Assembly: GCA_973895155.1 (NCBI GenBank)
Contig: OZ316895.1
Coordinates: forward strand, 20,412,803 to 20,476,802
Direction: 5' to 3'
Source: Marsupella aquatica
Lineage: Eukaryota > Plantae > Marchantiophyta
Length of the DNA: 64,000 bases
Each line of letters begins with the position of its first letter. Positions within the stretch are counted from its first letter, which is position 1. The notes under the pieces were generated by a model, which saw only the letters and a program-made list of their open reading frames with translations, was not told where the DNA came from and searched no databases. Both the position numbers and the translations under genes were made by a program. Shown here piece by piece: positions 48,701 through 64,000 of this stretch.

Positions 48701-49131
48701 ATCGTTACAGTTCTCAACAACACTGATGTGCAGATGCCCTTGGCTACTAGCAGTGTTCAGGAAGAATTACCAGCTGGCCTTGGCCAAGAACAATTCGGGT
48801 TTGATCTCAAATCTTTTCTCCCTTTCATCTTGTAGGTTATTCCAGTCCTAAACGTTGATATCATGGCCAACAATCTGGCTCTCTAAAATCAATGAATTCT
48901 AAATGTTACGAATCCCATACATTCTTGTCTATTGACAACTGTTACAATTTACTATTCTAGTTGATTACGGAAGCTAGAAGATGTGGAGTTGTGTATAAGT
49001 ATCTGGTTGAGTTCTTGTAATGCAAAGTTACGAGTCTATTAAATTGTCGTTGATGTAAGAACTTTGTCTGTTGTAAATCTTCCTTACAACAGAAAAGCAC
49101 ACAAGTGGAAGAACAATTTACCAACCTTTAC

Positions 49132-52100
49132 ATGTTTCAATCCAAGCCATTGTTATTTACTTTCTTTATGTCAACATGGTTCATGTTGGGCAGCATATCC
49201 AATCCCAATCGACTATACTCTCAATCAAGGGCCCCGTCAAGACATAGGAGGACAAGTAGACCCACATACAGCAGAATAAGCAGCCTCTTCTCGAATGGAA
49301 TTTTGAACAATCGCCAGGAAGCTACAAGTGGGCCAAATGAAGCACCTCACAGTTTTGATTGTCGATTATGTGCAAACTCTGATCAACAGTCTAAATCATC
49401 TCAGACTTGTAGTGAACATGAGAACATTGGAACATTGTCCAATCCACAGATTACCTTCAAACAAGACACTACACACAAATGCAGGCCAGGTTGGTCAAAG
49501 GAAAGCGGTGAGTGGATATTTGGGAAAGTCATTGATCCAAGAAGCAAGATTGTGCAATTTTGGAATCGACTATTTCTTCTGGCATGCTTTATGGGCGCTG
49601 CCTTGGATCCTTTGTTTCTCTACCTACTTTCCATGCAGATGGAGCTTGTTTGTTTATTTGTCAACAAGAACTTTGCTGTGACCGTCACCATTATCAGAGT
49701 ATTCATTGATGGGTTATATGTATGTCACATGTGGCTCCAATTGAAGCTTGCCTATGTTTCAAAAGAGTCCCTTGTGCTTGGCACTGGCCAGTTGGTCTGG
49801 GATGCGAAAAAGATTGCAAATAACTATTTGCGCAAGTGTCAAGCCTTTGTATTTGACCTCTTTGTCATCCTTCCAATACCACAGGTTTGCGTCGGTACTC
49901 CCAACTACCAACCTAAGAGAGTTGTTTTTTATCGTACGTTTGTGTTGTTGGCATGAAAAAACCTTGTTCACTTTAACTTATGTAATCTAGGACGATGCCA
50001 AGAGATCAGGATCGTATTACCTCGACCTGTAATGCAGCTTGCGGTGCTCTTAAACCCAGAAATTTGTGTCATGCAAGTTGTAACTCATAATAAGATCAAG
50101 TATGCACCTGGGAGACAAGATTTTCCACTAAACATTGTCAGAGCTGTTTATTGCTCATTTGGGTGGATCGTCACATTGTGACTAGTTTCAGTAAGAATTT
50201 GGTGTCCATAAAACTAAATTAATGAAAAAATTTGGTGAATACCTACAATAACCTAGAGTAGCAGTAAGGTATTGGCAATGGGCCAGGTGTTTGAATCGAT
50301 TCTGACAACCTTCATCTTTATTTCCTGTTGTGCAGTTCGTGTTTTGGGTCATTGTACCGTATATGATTGCCAATGGAGCCCGAGTTCCAACACTCTTGGG
50401 AGTTATAATTTTTTTGTTTTGTCTCCAGTACGTTCCTAAGATCCTCCACATGGTTTTGCTAATTCGACGCATGCAGCATGTGACGGGCTACATTTTTGGT
50501 ACTGCTTGGTGGGGTTTTGCCCTCAATCTGATTGCCTATTTCATCGCTGCACATGTAAGGCTCGTTAATTACGCCAATAACATGATATTCATAACAACTA
50601 AAAATGCTATCGCAACACAGCTGTAGGTTCGGCAGATCATTCCATAGGCCAGGACAAGAGAGGATGGGATGGATAGGAACAGGAAAGTTCTCAACAAATT
50701 AGTTTGTTCAGCTTTTCATTTGCATAGTCATCAATTAAGGAGCACTTTGTGAACAAGTTTATACCACTTCAGGTAGCTGGAGCAGTTTGGTATCTTCTCA
50801 CAATCAATGAGATCGAGGATTGCGTGTTGGATCGGTGCTGGACAATGGACAACTGCACTGAGTGGTATTTCAGTTGCCCTGTTGTACTATCATATGGGGA
50901 TGAGCCACTACTTAAAGATCTAAGGAGAGCCTCCTTTGCCATGGATCCTTACTTGCAAAATGAATGCCTCCGCAATGGAGGGAATTACAATTTTGGCATC
51001 TATCGATCTGCAGTGCCCTTGGCGACACAGACGAAATGGGCGGGAAAAGTTATGTATCCACTGTTTTGGGGATTGATGACTTTGAGGTACTTCCTCACAT
51101 TCCCATTGGAAGATGCCCTGGGTATCAAGAGCAATAGGCTACCATGTACAACTCTGTTTTGTGTTAGAAAACTTACAGGATATGTTTGGAAAGATGAAAA
51201 TGCACCATCTACAAGTCAGAAATCAAGAAGGGCTTTTCAACTAATGAAAAGCCAATGTTTTTAATAGCCATATGAGATTGATTGCTCACGGAAGACATCA
51301 ACTATGTAACATTATCTCTCGGTTGTTTCTAAAATTCTTTCACAGAGATTGTGAGATTGTGATTCTTTCCTTCATTGTTTGCAGCTCCTTTGGCAATGCT
51401 TTGCAACCTAGCGATGAACCATTGGAGGTGGCCTTCAGCATTTTTGTGATTACTTGGGGTTTGATACTATTCATGCTACTCATTGGAAACATACAGGCAA
51501 TGTAGTTTCTTATCTATTCCTGCTGGATACATTACCCACGTAAAAGAAAATAAGAATTTAGCTGCTAAACTCGAGCGCATTGGAAACCTCCAGAGGAAAT
51601 TACTGGAATGGAGATTTTCTGTTTGTCACATTTAGTAAAGGATATAATACTACAGGTCACATAATACAAAGACATAACTAACCTTGATCACGCGTTGTCT
51701 AAGAAATCTCTGTCCGGAAAGTTTTCTGTTTAAAAATATTTCTAAGGTGTTGAAAAATTATTGGAGTCCATGGGTGACTTTGATTAGAAAGTTACATATT
51801 TGTTAGGAGAGGAGTGCTCAAAAAACAGATGTAGAACTTCATGAACTGGGCTTGAAATTGTTCCTTGATTTCATTGTGGAAGCAGGTATTCTTACATTCA
51901 ATCACCTCCAGAAAGGAAATGATGCAATTACGCATTCGAGACATAGAATGGTGGATGAGAAGGCGACAGCTCCCACCTAACTTGCGCCAACGAGTCCGAG
52001 GTTATGAACGCCAACGTTGGGCTGCTACCAGAGGAGTGGATGAATCGTCCATGGTTTGCGATCTCCCTGAAAGCTTACGAAGAGAAATCAAGCGCCATCT

Positions 52101-53668
52101 TTGTCTTGATCTTGTTCTCCAGGTGACTCGAAAGAAATACGCTGTGTTAAACAGTGTTAATCTGAAATCGAAGCTTCAATTTCTCAATCTCATGCATACT
52201 TCTTAAGTCGTGCCTTCTCTTGAAATTGGGACAAAAGGCCAGTATTACATTTCCGTTTGATGCACTTTAATACTCTTCTTCCTAACAGTGCATAAATAAC
52301 AATCAACCTTCTATTTTCTTCGAATGGAAGTTTATCAAGCATTGCCTAACATGGCCTGGTGTCGTGTGTGAGACCGCCAATGTGTCTTAATTCGTGATTT
52401 TCTCCTTTCTTTTCAGGTCCCATTATTTGAAAGGATGGACGAATTGGTTCTGGACAATATTTGTGAAAGACTCACAGCTCATCTGTTCATCAAGGGGGAG
52501 ACGGTAAGAAACTTCATCGCCGCTTGGTTAGAGATCTATTCTACAGACAATATCAAGCTTCTCATGTCTGTATAAAGGAAGTGCCGTTTTGGTATTATTG
52601 ATCCACCTATTGTAATAAAACTGTTTCGTTGTTTAATTTCACCCTCGGTGATAGATTTAGGAGAGAAGCCCAGCTACTAGTTCTAACCAAATCTTCTGAG
52701 TTAAATATGTGCTAACTCTTGGTCCAGGAAGCTTTGAGAGAGGTATCAAAGTTGTTACTTTGTGCATATTCCTGCTCTTTATGGGCCCTGCTGATCACTG
52801 CATGTTCGCTTATACCCACCTTGTAGAGTCAGATACAATTTTGGGACTCGCTAGTATCAGTACTTGCTTATATCTTCCAGGCAGTCTCAAGAAGTATCTG
52901 AATTGGTGTTACTGCTTACAGAGCAAGCATGGTCTCGAGTTTGTCCTACTACCTCTATTTCCCTGGGATCTTAGTGTTATACTCTTGGAAATTAAACTCT
53001 CGATCGGGCTCTCGATACCCCCGCCAATTTTGGTAAATGAAATTATGCGCTAGAATGCCTACCAGCCGGTCCTTTGGATCTGATTGTTCTTCCATATTGA
53101 CTGTCTCGTGTAGATTTTGAAGGAGGGAGATCCTGTGAGGCGTATGCTTTTTCTAGTACGAGGGCATTTCCAGAGTTCGTACAAGCTAAATAATAACGAA
53201 TCCAGTTATTGCCAACTTGGTCCCGGGAATTTTTGTGGGGAGGAACTGTTGTCTTGGTGTCTGAGAAAAACACCAGTTGACAGGCTACCTCCATCAACAA
53301 TAACTTTGACGTCTCTGGACTCAGCTGAAGTGTTTACCTTGGAAGCTCGTGATTTGAAGTTTGTTGTTCAACACTTTCGCCATAAGTTCGAAGATGAAAA
53401 GATGAAACGCACCTTGAGATTTTATTCCACAAGTTGGCGCATGTGGGCAGCTGTTACCATCCAGCTAGCTTGGAGGAGATTGAAGTCTAGGAGAAACCAC
53501 ACATCGATATCTTCTTCATTGTCTCCCACTTCTGGAGTTGGTTATGCATTCCAAGTGCCTCAAGCTTACCTCAGCATGGCCGACACAGAAGCAGCAATGA
53601 GAAATCGCAGACTCCGCATGTATACAGCCATGTTCACCTCTCCTAAGCCCTCAACTCATCTTGAGTGA
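49132..53668 (+). CDS. CNGC: Cyclic nucleotide-gated channel, group IV-B (CNGC2/CNGC4-like)
   Basis: Exons ~49132-49884, 50336-50554, 50773-51086, 51385-51496, 51886-52122, 52417-52503, 53114-53668. Motifs IDPRSK, GYIFGTAWWGFALNLIAYF, pore FWGLMTLSSFGNAL, WWMRRRQLP, CNBD GPGNFCGEELLSWCL and IQ motif IQLAWRR. Start ATG uncertain (49132, 49168 or 49183). Confidence 0.95.
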
Positions 53669-54272
53669 TGGACGGAATTGAAACCTCTCCATCAAAACAT
53701 ACTCGGGAGCATATGTGATATAGGAGAAGTACCCACACTGTAGATGTTTCGTGAGGAAAACTTCCTGTCAGCTCGACTGATGAAATCCATCTTCATATAT
53801 ACTTGCTGCATTGTTTCCCATCTCTACTGAGGTTTTATTAGTGCAATGAAAATGATTTGTGTGAGGGAAAACAACTTGCATTACTTGTGTACCGCAATCA
53901 TGGTAAGAGCAATGCAATGTAAAGTGCGTTTGTTGGAATTTGAAGTTAACCCACCCCTGACATTAAATCTCGGGTCTATTATGAAACACAGGTGGGAAAA
54001 CGTGATAGTTATTATATTTGAATGATATGATATTTACAAAAGCTAAAATATGTGCATGATATAAAATAAAGTAGAATGCATTTCATATATGAAAAATGTT
54101 TCCCAATATATATTTTTATAAATTAAAATAGACCATTGAAAGTGAAAATCAAGAACATTCTTTGAATTTGTTATTGAATGACTATGTTATATAAATTAAT
54201 ATAATGTTGCATGTGATATACAAAAATATACACTTGGTTCTTTTAATGACCCCAACATTACTTAAGGGGAAA

Positions 54273-54600
54273 GTTGAGCAATAGACTGCTCATAGACATC
54301 AAGCACACCTGAAACATCTAAGGAGCAAGTAGTGGACAAGAGAGATAACTGGTGCACTTCTCCAGAGGTTATGTCCATGAAAACACACTAACAAAGCTTT
54401 ATTGCACTCTATGCTTGTTGGTCAAGTCTATGCAGCACAAATTCTCCTTGTCTCTCAAATACCTGTACAACAATGCAACAATGAGCCTGAGTTCCATTTA
54501 GAAGCAAAATCTTGTTTGTGCATTTACTCTAAATAACATCTCTGACCAAAATTAAGTACTTCACTCTCGCCTTTACTATGTTTAGACTAACTGTGGTTAT
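54273..54600 (-). mobile_element. Old degenerate copia LTR of the same broad family
   Basis: Colinear similarity to 23591-23900 (GTTGAGCA, AAAGCTTTATTGCACTCT, ACAATGAGCCTGAGTTCCA, TTAGACTAACTGTGGTTA). Confidence 0.65.
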
Positions 54601-56382
54601 AGTGTAACTCTAGGCCCAAGAAAGGCCCCTCTTTTTCTGCTCTCCATCAATGCCATCCCCAAAGATGCTGGTTTACTCCAAGATTTCAGGAAATGGATGC
54701 TAATTATGGATAACTAGTCCAATGCTCGTCTGTTGCCCAGTTGTCATTTGTGATGGTCTTGTATTTGTGTGCTTTGGTTAGGCTATGGTTGCAGAAGGGT
54801 TGTCATTTTGGTCAGGTATAATTGTGAAAATTTTGTATTTTCAACTGGATTGTTCTTGCAAAGTTTTGACATTTTAGCCTTGTTGCTGTGGAAGGAATGA
54901 AGGATTTCAGGGTTTAAGGTCAAAAATGAGTTCAGTTCAGTTTATGGCAAATGTCACAAACAGGATACTCAGAATTGACATGGATGGACCACTTTTAGGG
55001 CTTTGTGTAATTGGCGCAAGTAGAGGTGGGAGGATTGAGGAGGACAAATCCTCCTTGATATTCCCCCCTCCATTTTCACCACTATCTCTTTTTCCTTTTT
55101 CCAGTTTTTTTGGGTCTTCTCCTTGCTTTGGGTCATTCCAAAAAAACTTTGGCACTGCAAATTTGTAAAACAACCACCACACAAATAGGTGGACCTTTTA
55201 TTATAGGCATTAATGACCATTTAACCGGTGCCTTTGGCATCAGGATCATTTCTGGACATGACTTTTCAAAGTGTTTGCAACCCCATCTCTCCATTGCACC
55301 CTCTGGATCCACATGCCTGCCCATGGATGATCAACAAAATAAATGGTCACACAATGTTCCCTGTTTTGTATTATATGTTCTGGTTTCCCATCTCCCATAT
55401 GTGTGCCTCACATCATTCCCTATTTTACATAATTTAATGTGGCTCCATGAAAGACTCCTAAAATCATAAATGCCACCCATAAACCCAACAATGGGTTATC
55501 AAGCGTAAACCTGACAAGGTGGCAAACATAGTTTTTTCAACAATCACTGATTTATTTAATCTCTCTTCCTGGCCATATCCTTTAACCTCCTCAAGAGACT
55601 GGTTATTCTACACACAAAATTTTAAATATTTACTCGTCCCATTTACCTACCATCTCACCTACCCTCGGTAACCCATACTCTCTTTTGGGGACATGACAAC
55701 CGTTGGAGATTATAACCCATAATTCCCTCATGGCGATGGGTCACCTCAAAAGTAAGCTCAGTACGCTAACCTACAGAGCAAGGAACTTTTGACTGAACCT
55801 CTTTTCCTTTTACTGTATTGTACTTTGTTTGGCCCCCTTATAAATATACTGGTCCTCTTTTGATAGGCAGGATGGAAAGAAGAAGAAGAAGAAGAAGAGT
55901 GCTCCACTTTGACGACAATTTGATTGAAAACAAGTTTTCTAGCAGCTGTTTCTCAGAGGCCAAATTGAGTTTAAACAAGGAGTAGGAGAAGAGCAATTTC
56001 TCCTTTTGACTTCAATTTGATTCATATCGACGTAAGGAAGAGAACATCGGTCTCTCTCAGCTTTGCGTGTTCACAGATGCCTCTGTGGTAGCAAGCAGAA
56101 GATTTTTGTCTAATAGACCGGTTGACTGATATTGGATTTGGGAAGATCAGTTGCAGCTTCGTTTCTCTATCCATAGCCCAGTGATATAAATTGGCGACAA
56201 TCCGATATGTAAATTGATTTATTGACCGAAGGGCTATGCTGGCACAGTTGTTCCGTCCACTGGAAGTAAAAGTTTCTAGAATTATGGGGGCCTTCCCGGG
56301 TAGCTGATAACAACTGGAGTGATTGGATGACGGACTTTCCATAAATCGGCAGAAACAGAAACAAGTGTTCAGCTGTTCTGCC

Positions 56383-58885
<2,503 letters not shown>

Positions 58886-60071
58886 CATATCTCTAAGTAG
58901 ACCAGTTCTATTGAATCCTCGTTCGCTTTCTCTTCACGTACAGCCTCCGTAATTCTTCTAAATTAAAATATCAAATATCCTTAGAGATTAACAGGAATTT
59001 CAGAAGTCTTAAAGCATTGCCTCTTTTGTGATGTTGAGCTCCATGGCTTGCTTGATGTGATCTTGGGACGTGGGTCTAACAAGAGGAGATCTGTGAGGAT
59101 GATATGAGTCGGTATCCATAAAGAAGAATTACATAGCAATAACATAAAGTTATCTGAACACATCGCCAAATTAAAAAATTGATTATCATGCCTGTGCACT
59201 AAGAATGCAGGTGGCATGGGGCTATTGTCTCGCCTTAATTAAAAAAATTAATTAATTTTAAATCAAAAGAATGCAGGTGGCAAAGGGAACTCGGTGCTCT
59301 AAGGAGTTTAGCCTTGTAGGTTGACTGACCAATCTTAAAATATCATGCAGGGACTGGTTTGACTTTGAAATGGAGGTCTCTTAAACCTGCTGAAATGACA
59401 ACAGCACCTTGGGTTAAGGTTCCCTAATGAAGGTCCCTCTTCCACCCACCTGGCCGGGCCTATGTCCAGACATAGACGTGACTAATTCAATGATTGATCG
59501 ATGCAACGAACAGTACAACTCGCTGTCGACATTGGAACCATATAAGACCTGCTGTCCAGTACAATACCTTGGAATGTGAATGAAAGAAAGTTGGTCTATC
59601 CAAGATTTTTGCAACCATCTTGACAAAGGAACGAGAAATTATATTTCTGGGTAGATTCCTGTGGTCGAAATCTTACCAGGACCAGCGTCTTCCAACCGTT
59701 TCGCAACCATCTTGATAAAGGAAAAGAGAAATCAAAACTCAGCATGGCAAGGAGCATGCCTGCAATACTTATTGGTAGCAACTTCCAAAGAGTGAATCAA
59801 AACACGGGTCGTGGGATCGAACACTTAAAAAAAGTCAAATGTCGTATCACCGGAAGTTCAAGCCCGAGTAAATGGATTCAACAGTATCATGGTCACTGAT
59901 TTATACTAAACGGCTTGATTCGATCACAAGCTCCTATGTACAATTTGATAGGAATGTATCAGCACTTCGTGGATTGTCTCTAATCAAACCTACACAAAAT
60001 GGTGGCATTGCAACGTAGGACTCTGTCCTTGCAATACCAACAAATCATGTACTGTTAATTCGTCCATCGCA

Positions 60072-61250
60072 CTATGAAATCGGTGCCCGAGTAAGACCAA
60101 TATTGATTGCTGCCCATGCCAACATCTCCGGGTCTTTCAGCTCCACTGCCAATTTGTAGTACCTTTCAAAGTAGGTGGTGGCATACTCCAATTGATTTTG
60201 TTCAGTGTATGCTATTCCTAGTTTGCAATAAGCATTTGCCTCTGTACGCTTGTCGAGAAGCTTTGACACTTCCAGAAGCGATTCCAAATGGTGAATCTCT
60301 CCATCTGTCTTTCCAAGGGCATTGAACACTTGTGCAGTAGCAGCGTGGCCTTTTGTTTTCCCCAGGTTGTCATTGACATCATTGCAATATGACAAGTATG
60401 CAGTTTGAAACTCCAATGCGATGAGTGGGTGCTGTAGACGATAATGTAGAAGACCAAGTTTGTGCCTTGCGTCAGCAGCTGCCCTAGCATTTCTTCCTAT
60501 GTTCGCAACATCAATGCATTTTTCATAAAATTCAATGCTGGTGTTAAGTTTGTTTTCGTTGTCGGCTTCCTCACCACACCTGACATAAACCTCAAGTAGG
60601 TCTTGTGAAGCATATACCATCCCTTCGATATCATTACTGTTTCTGGCAATTGACATGAAATCCTCAAAGCACTGTATCGCTTGCATATGCGCATTCAGTT
60701 TTTTGTACACCTTTCCAAGGTGGAGCTTCACTTTTGCTTCATAGTTGTAGTCATTGATTTGCTGGGCTATGGTAAGAGCATTAGAATAGTAAAATGTTGA
60801 CTTCTTGAGATCTCCAACGTCATTCAATATGCTGCCCATTTGGAATTGGGCATCAAAGAGTTTGTCCAAGGGTCCAGCTTTTGATGTGACTTCGATCACC
60901 TCCAACAATTCTGTCAACAGTTGCATCCTTTCTTTGTCTCCCAAAATTTGTTTCCAAACATCAACATGAGGTTTGGCAATCTCGTCAATATCAGATTCGT
61001 CTCCTGTTGAATCGCTCTGCTGAGTAAGCTCAAATAATTCGATGTAAGCTTTCGGGTTCCCATGAACTAGTAATTGCACGAGCAATTGTTGACTGAGAGG
61101 TGCAGACAAATCCACCAATCCAGTGTCGGAATTCGAGTTATCATGCTCCAATTTCTCAAGCAACTGTATTTTATTGTTGTGAACGGTGCCTCGCCTGGCC
61201 TTCTTTGGTACTGGTCCTGTTGATTGATTGATTGCTCGGATGATATCCAT
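60072..61250 (-). CDS. Tetratricopeptide-repeat protein, TTC29-like (axonemal)
   Basis: Single 392-aa ORF with multiple TPR helix pairs (EAKVKLHLGKVY, ADARHKLGLLHY, EANAYCKLGIAY). The N-terminal LLVHGNPKAYIELFEL resembles the conserved TTC29 segment, judged from memory. Confidence 0.75.
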   Translation of the reverse strand: MDIIRAINQSTGPVPKKARRGTVHNNKIQLLEKLEHDNSNSDTGLVDLSAPLSQQLLVQLLVHGNPKAYIELFELTQQSDSTGDESDIDEIAKPHVDVWKQILGDKERMQLLTELLEVIEVTSKAGPLDKLFDAQFQMGSILNDVGDLKKSTFYYSNALTIAQQINDYNYEAKVKLHLGKVYKKLNAHMQAIQCFEDFMSIARNSNDIEGMVYASQDLLEVYVRCGEEADNENKLNTSIEFYEKCIDVANIGRNARAAADARHKLGLLHYRLQHPLIALEFQTAYLSYCNDVNDNLGKTKGHAATAQVFNALGKTDGEIHHLESLLEVSKLLDKRTEANAYCKLGIAYTEQNQLEYATTYFERYYKLAVELKDPEMLAWAAINIGLTRAPIS

Positions 61251-62706
61251 TGATTTTCGTTGGTATTATAATTCCATGCTGTCTACTATGAAGATCTTGT
61301 AAAGTCTTGCGCCTAAAACGAGGGCAGACAGGTAGGTCTCAGAATCCTCTCGTTTAACTAATGTTTCTGAGAGTATCACATCCCAATGAGAATGCAGATC
61401 TTTAGCGAACAAAGCCCGAGACCAACAATACCGGTTGATCAATGTGTAGCTAAATGCGGACGAGTCGAAAACTTGATTTAGATTGGTCTGATTCGACTCA
61501 ACGTGAAGTGATTAAGAACTGGAACTGGAACGTATTCAATGGATATAGCAAAACTGCGCAAGGTGATGCGCTCAAATACATTTAGGGAATCGATTCATAG
61601 CCAACTGAAATTTCCCTCCAGTGTTCTTCGAGATGAATGAATGGACTTGCAAGACGATCCCCAAGTTTGAGTGCAAAACACGTGAAACAGTACTATCCAA
61701 CGATGGTCTTGCTTGACAAGTAAGGACTCCCTCAACCATGACAGTCTAGCAAAACCTAACAAAAGACGATAATCCACTAAAATTGGAACCAACTGAGATT
61801 TTTGGATTCCTCCAGCATTGTGCGAAAATGGTAGTCACTGCATTACTACTACCCTTAAACTCAGAGCATCCAACATGTCACACATGCCTATGTGAGCGTC
61901 TGCAGTTCAAGAGGGCCTGAGGACATGTTCTCTGGCCACATTGAGTCTATGAATCCTTCGGTACAGACTTGCCAAACACTTACATAGTTTTGTGTAGGCC
62001 TGTTCCTTCGTTCCTAACAAGGAACACATTACTGCGTGCAAACCAATCATATGGTAATGCTTTCATGCACATATCTGATTTGGCGCATATCTCCTTCGCA
62101 GAGATTCTCTTGTAGTGAAGACATAGAACTAATGGAGTTTATATGCGGCGAAACACTGATAAAAATACTTTCAGCTCTGAACGCTAATCACGAATGACAT
62201 CTTCAAACCCCTAATCAACACCATAATCTAAAAGACGACAGTCCCAACCCTTTGGAGCAAACCCATTGAGAGAACATCTGATTCAACGACTAACTCACAA
62301 TGTATCATGAGTATTTCATAGATCACTGGTGAAAACGTCCATACACATCTCAATGCGTACAGTACACTGTAACTTAGCTCCCCGGCATCCTTACAGTTTA
62401 TTCTCCAAAAATCACAAATTTGGCGTAATTACAATTCCCCTAATCTTGCGCAAGTCTTTCTCTTGGTTTACCTTAAAGGAATAAGTCGCTGTTGCAAAGG
62501 TTGAACATTGACCCCAACTCTCATGTTTTTGGACCATGATGTGTTTACAGCAATGCCGGTCCGTAAGAAAAAGAATTAAGAATAGATGTCGCAAGACTCT
62601 GATCACTTGTATAATACAGAATTGTACATTGGCCATCAAACTTGGATAGTGTGCTGGAGGCAACAATCGAGAAACTGACGAAAGATCATAAATAGGCCAC
62701 CAAAGT

Positions 62707-63870
62707 TTACGGCTTGCGATTGATCATCTCACGGACCTCGTCCATAACTAGCCAAGCTTGATGACCACCTATAACCTCTGCCAGTCTTTCGCCATTTTTC
62801 CATAACTGCAACACACAAGCCATAGAGATCATTCCAAATCAGCTCTTCTAGTTTACCGTGTTTTGGTACGCATGATTGTAGGTTTAGACAACATCAATCT
62901 TAAGAAATCTGAAGGGTGATGCACAATTTAACCATCCAATCCAGAGCATGCAATAATCCACCTTTTTCCAATGCTTTCATCTCTCCCTAAATTGGAGCTC
63001 ACAAAGGACAAAGAAGACTTGCAAGCTATAAATTGACTACTGACCGAGCATCCAAGTGTCCCGCGACAGTGACAAAAGCAACACATCTGTGCAAAACAAC
63101 AGCTTTAGACTAGAGAAGCAAGTCTCCAAAAAAAAAGTCCAACGGCTATGTTACCTGAATTGTGGGCATTTTCTGATGGGTTGAATTGCATGGACATGGT
63201 CACAGAAACCAATTGAAGTCAGATCTTGTACTGTGAGGTGTGCTTTAAATCTCATTTTCAATATACTAAATTGCTAGTAGAAAAGAAAAAAAAATTCATC
63301 TCAAGTCAATTCTGAAAGCCACGGACGAAGACTACGAGTGAAGCTTCCCTGTTATGCAGCAAATACCAGGAACCTAAACAATTCAATCCATGCAAGGCAT
63401 GAGCATTACTGCATGTGATGTTTTGCTCACTTACAGTGACCTCCGCCCGCTTAACAAGAGCTTGAGGAACTTTGTTCACATCCACGTAATAAAACTTGAT
63501 ACTGCATCACCACATCCCACACTTAAAAATCGAAGGAAATGACCCAGCATAATTCAAAAAATGAATCACCAGAGTACACTAAGTTAAACCTTTATCACCG
63601 CACTAGAATAGAAACTCAGAATTTCATCTTTTCATTGAGATACTTAAGAATGTTGACGGATGTCTTCAACCGGCTTGAACACCAATCACATCAGATGCCG
63701 TGGTTCGGAAATCTGAGTCTCAGAAAGCAATCTCCACGTCATGATATTGTATGTGGGAGTGGTCCAAGTAATCACGGGTTGAAGAGTTGACTTACTTAGG
63801 ATGGTATTCAGCTGCAATCTTCTCCAGCTTCGGCTTCAAGTAGATGCATTTACGACACCACTGAGCCAGC
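62707..63870 (-). CDS. WCRKC: WCRKC-type thioredoxin-like protein, 3' four exons; the 5' part lies beyond the window
   Basis: Exons 63870-63796 ([24 protein letters not shown]), 63501-63435 ([22 protein letters not shown]), 63172-63155 (KMPTIQ) and 62805-62707 ([32 protein letters not shown]). All introns are GT-AG and phase-consistent. Confidence 0.93.
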
Positions 63871-64000
63871 CTATCAACGTAACGCACAACTCAAAACTGT
63901 TAGCCGTGCGAATTTTTTCTACCCATCTTAAATCTTTCGCAAGCCACGGCATATACTAAAGACGCGGTCAACATTCCGTACCCTCTAGCCAACCCCGCTT

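Noticed and set aside
59201-59735. Short direct repeats between TAD2 and the TPR gene (16 bp at ~59202/59267; ~28 bp at ~59611/59703)
   Set aside because: Small local duplications with no TIR, TSD or other supporting structure.

Overview
Eukaryotic nuclear DNA from a land plant, probably a lineage with flagellated sperm (bryophyte, lycophyte or fern), inferred from a TTC29-like axonemal TPR gene. The left half (1-32 kb) is mostly transposon-derived. It holds a decayed LRR pseudogene, a full-length but mutated Ty1/copia element (10105-16637, TSD CGTGC) inserted into a minus-strand ORF of an older element, a copia solo LTR, a MITE, and a roughly 3.3-kb solo LTR containing a rearranged copia derivative with two U5 ends in inverted orientation. 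The right half is genic. It holds a 9-exon gene with a divergent C-terminal U-box-like domain (not visible in the ORF track), a bacterial-type GlnA4-like gamma-glutamyl-amine ligase with an intron-free CDS and an organellar presequence, a CNGC2/4-type channel, TAD2, a TTC29-like TPR protein, and the 3' exons of a WCRKC thioredoxin. All family assignments come from motif recognition by eye; no database searches were run.
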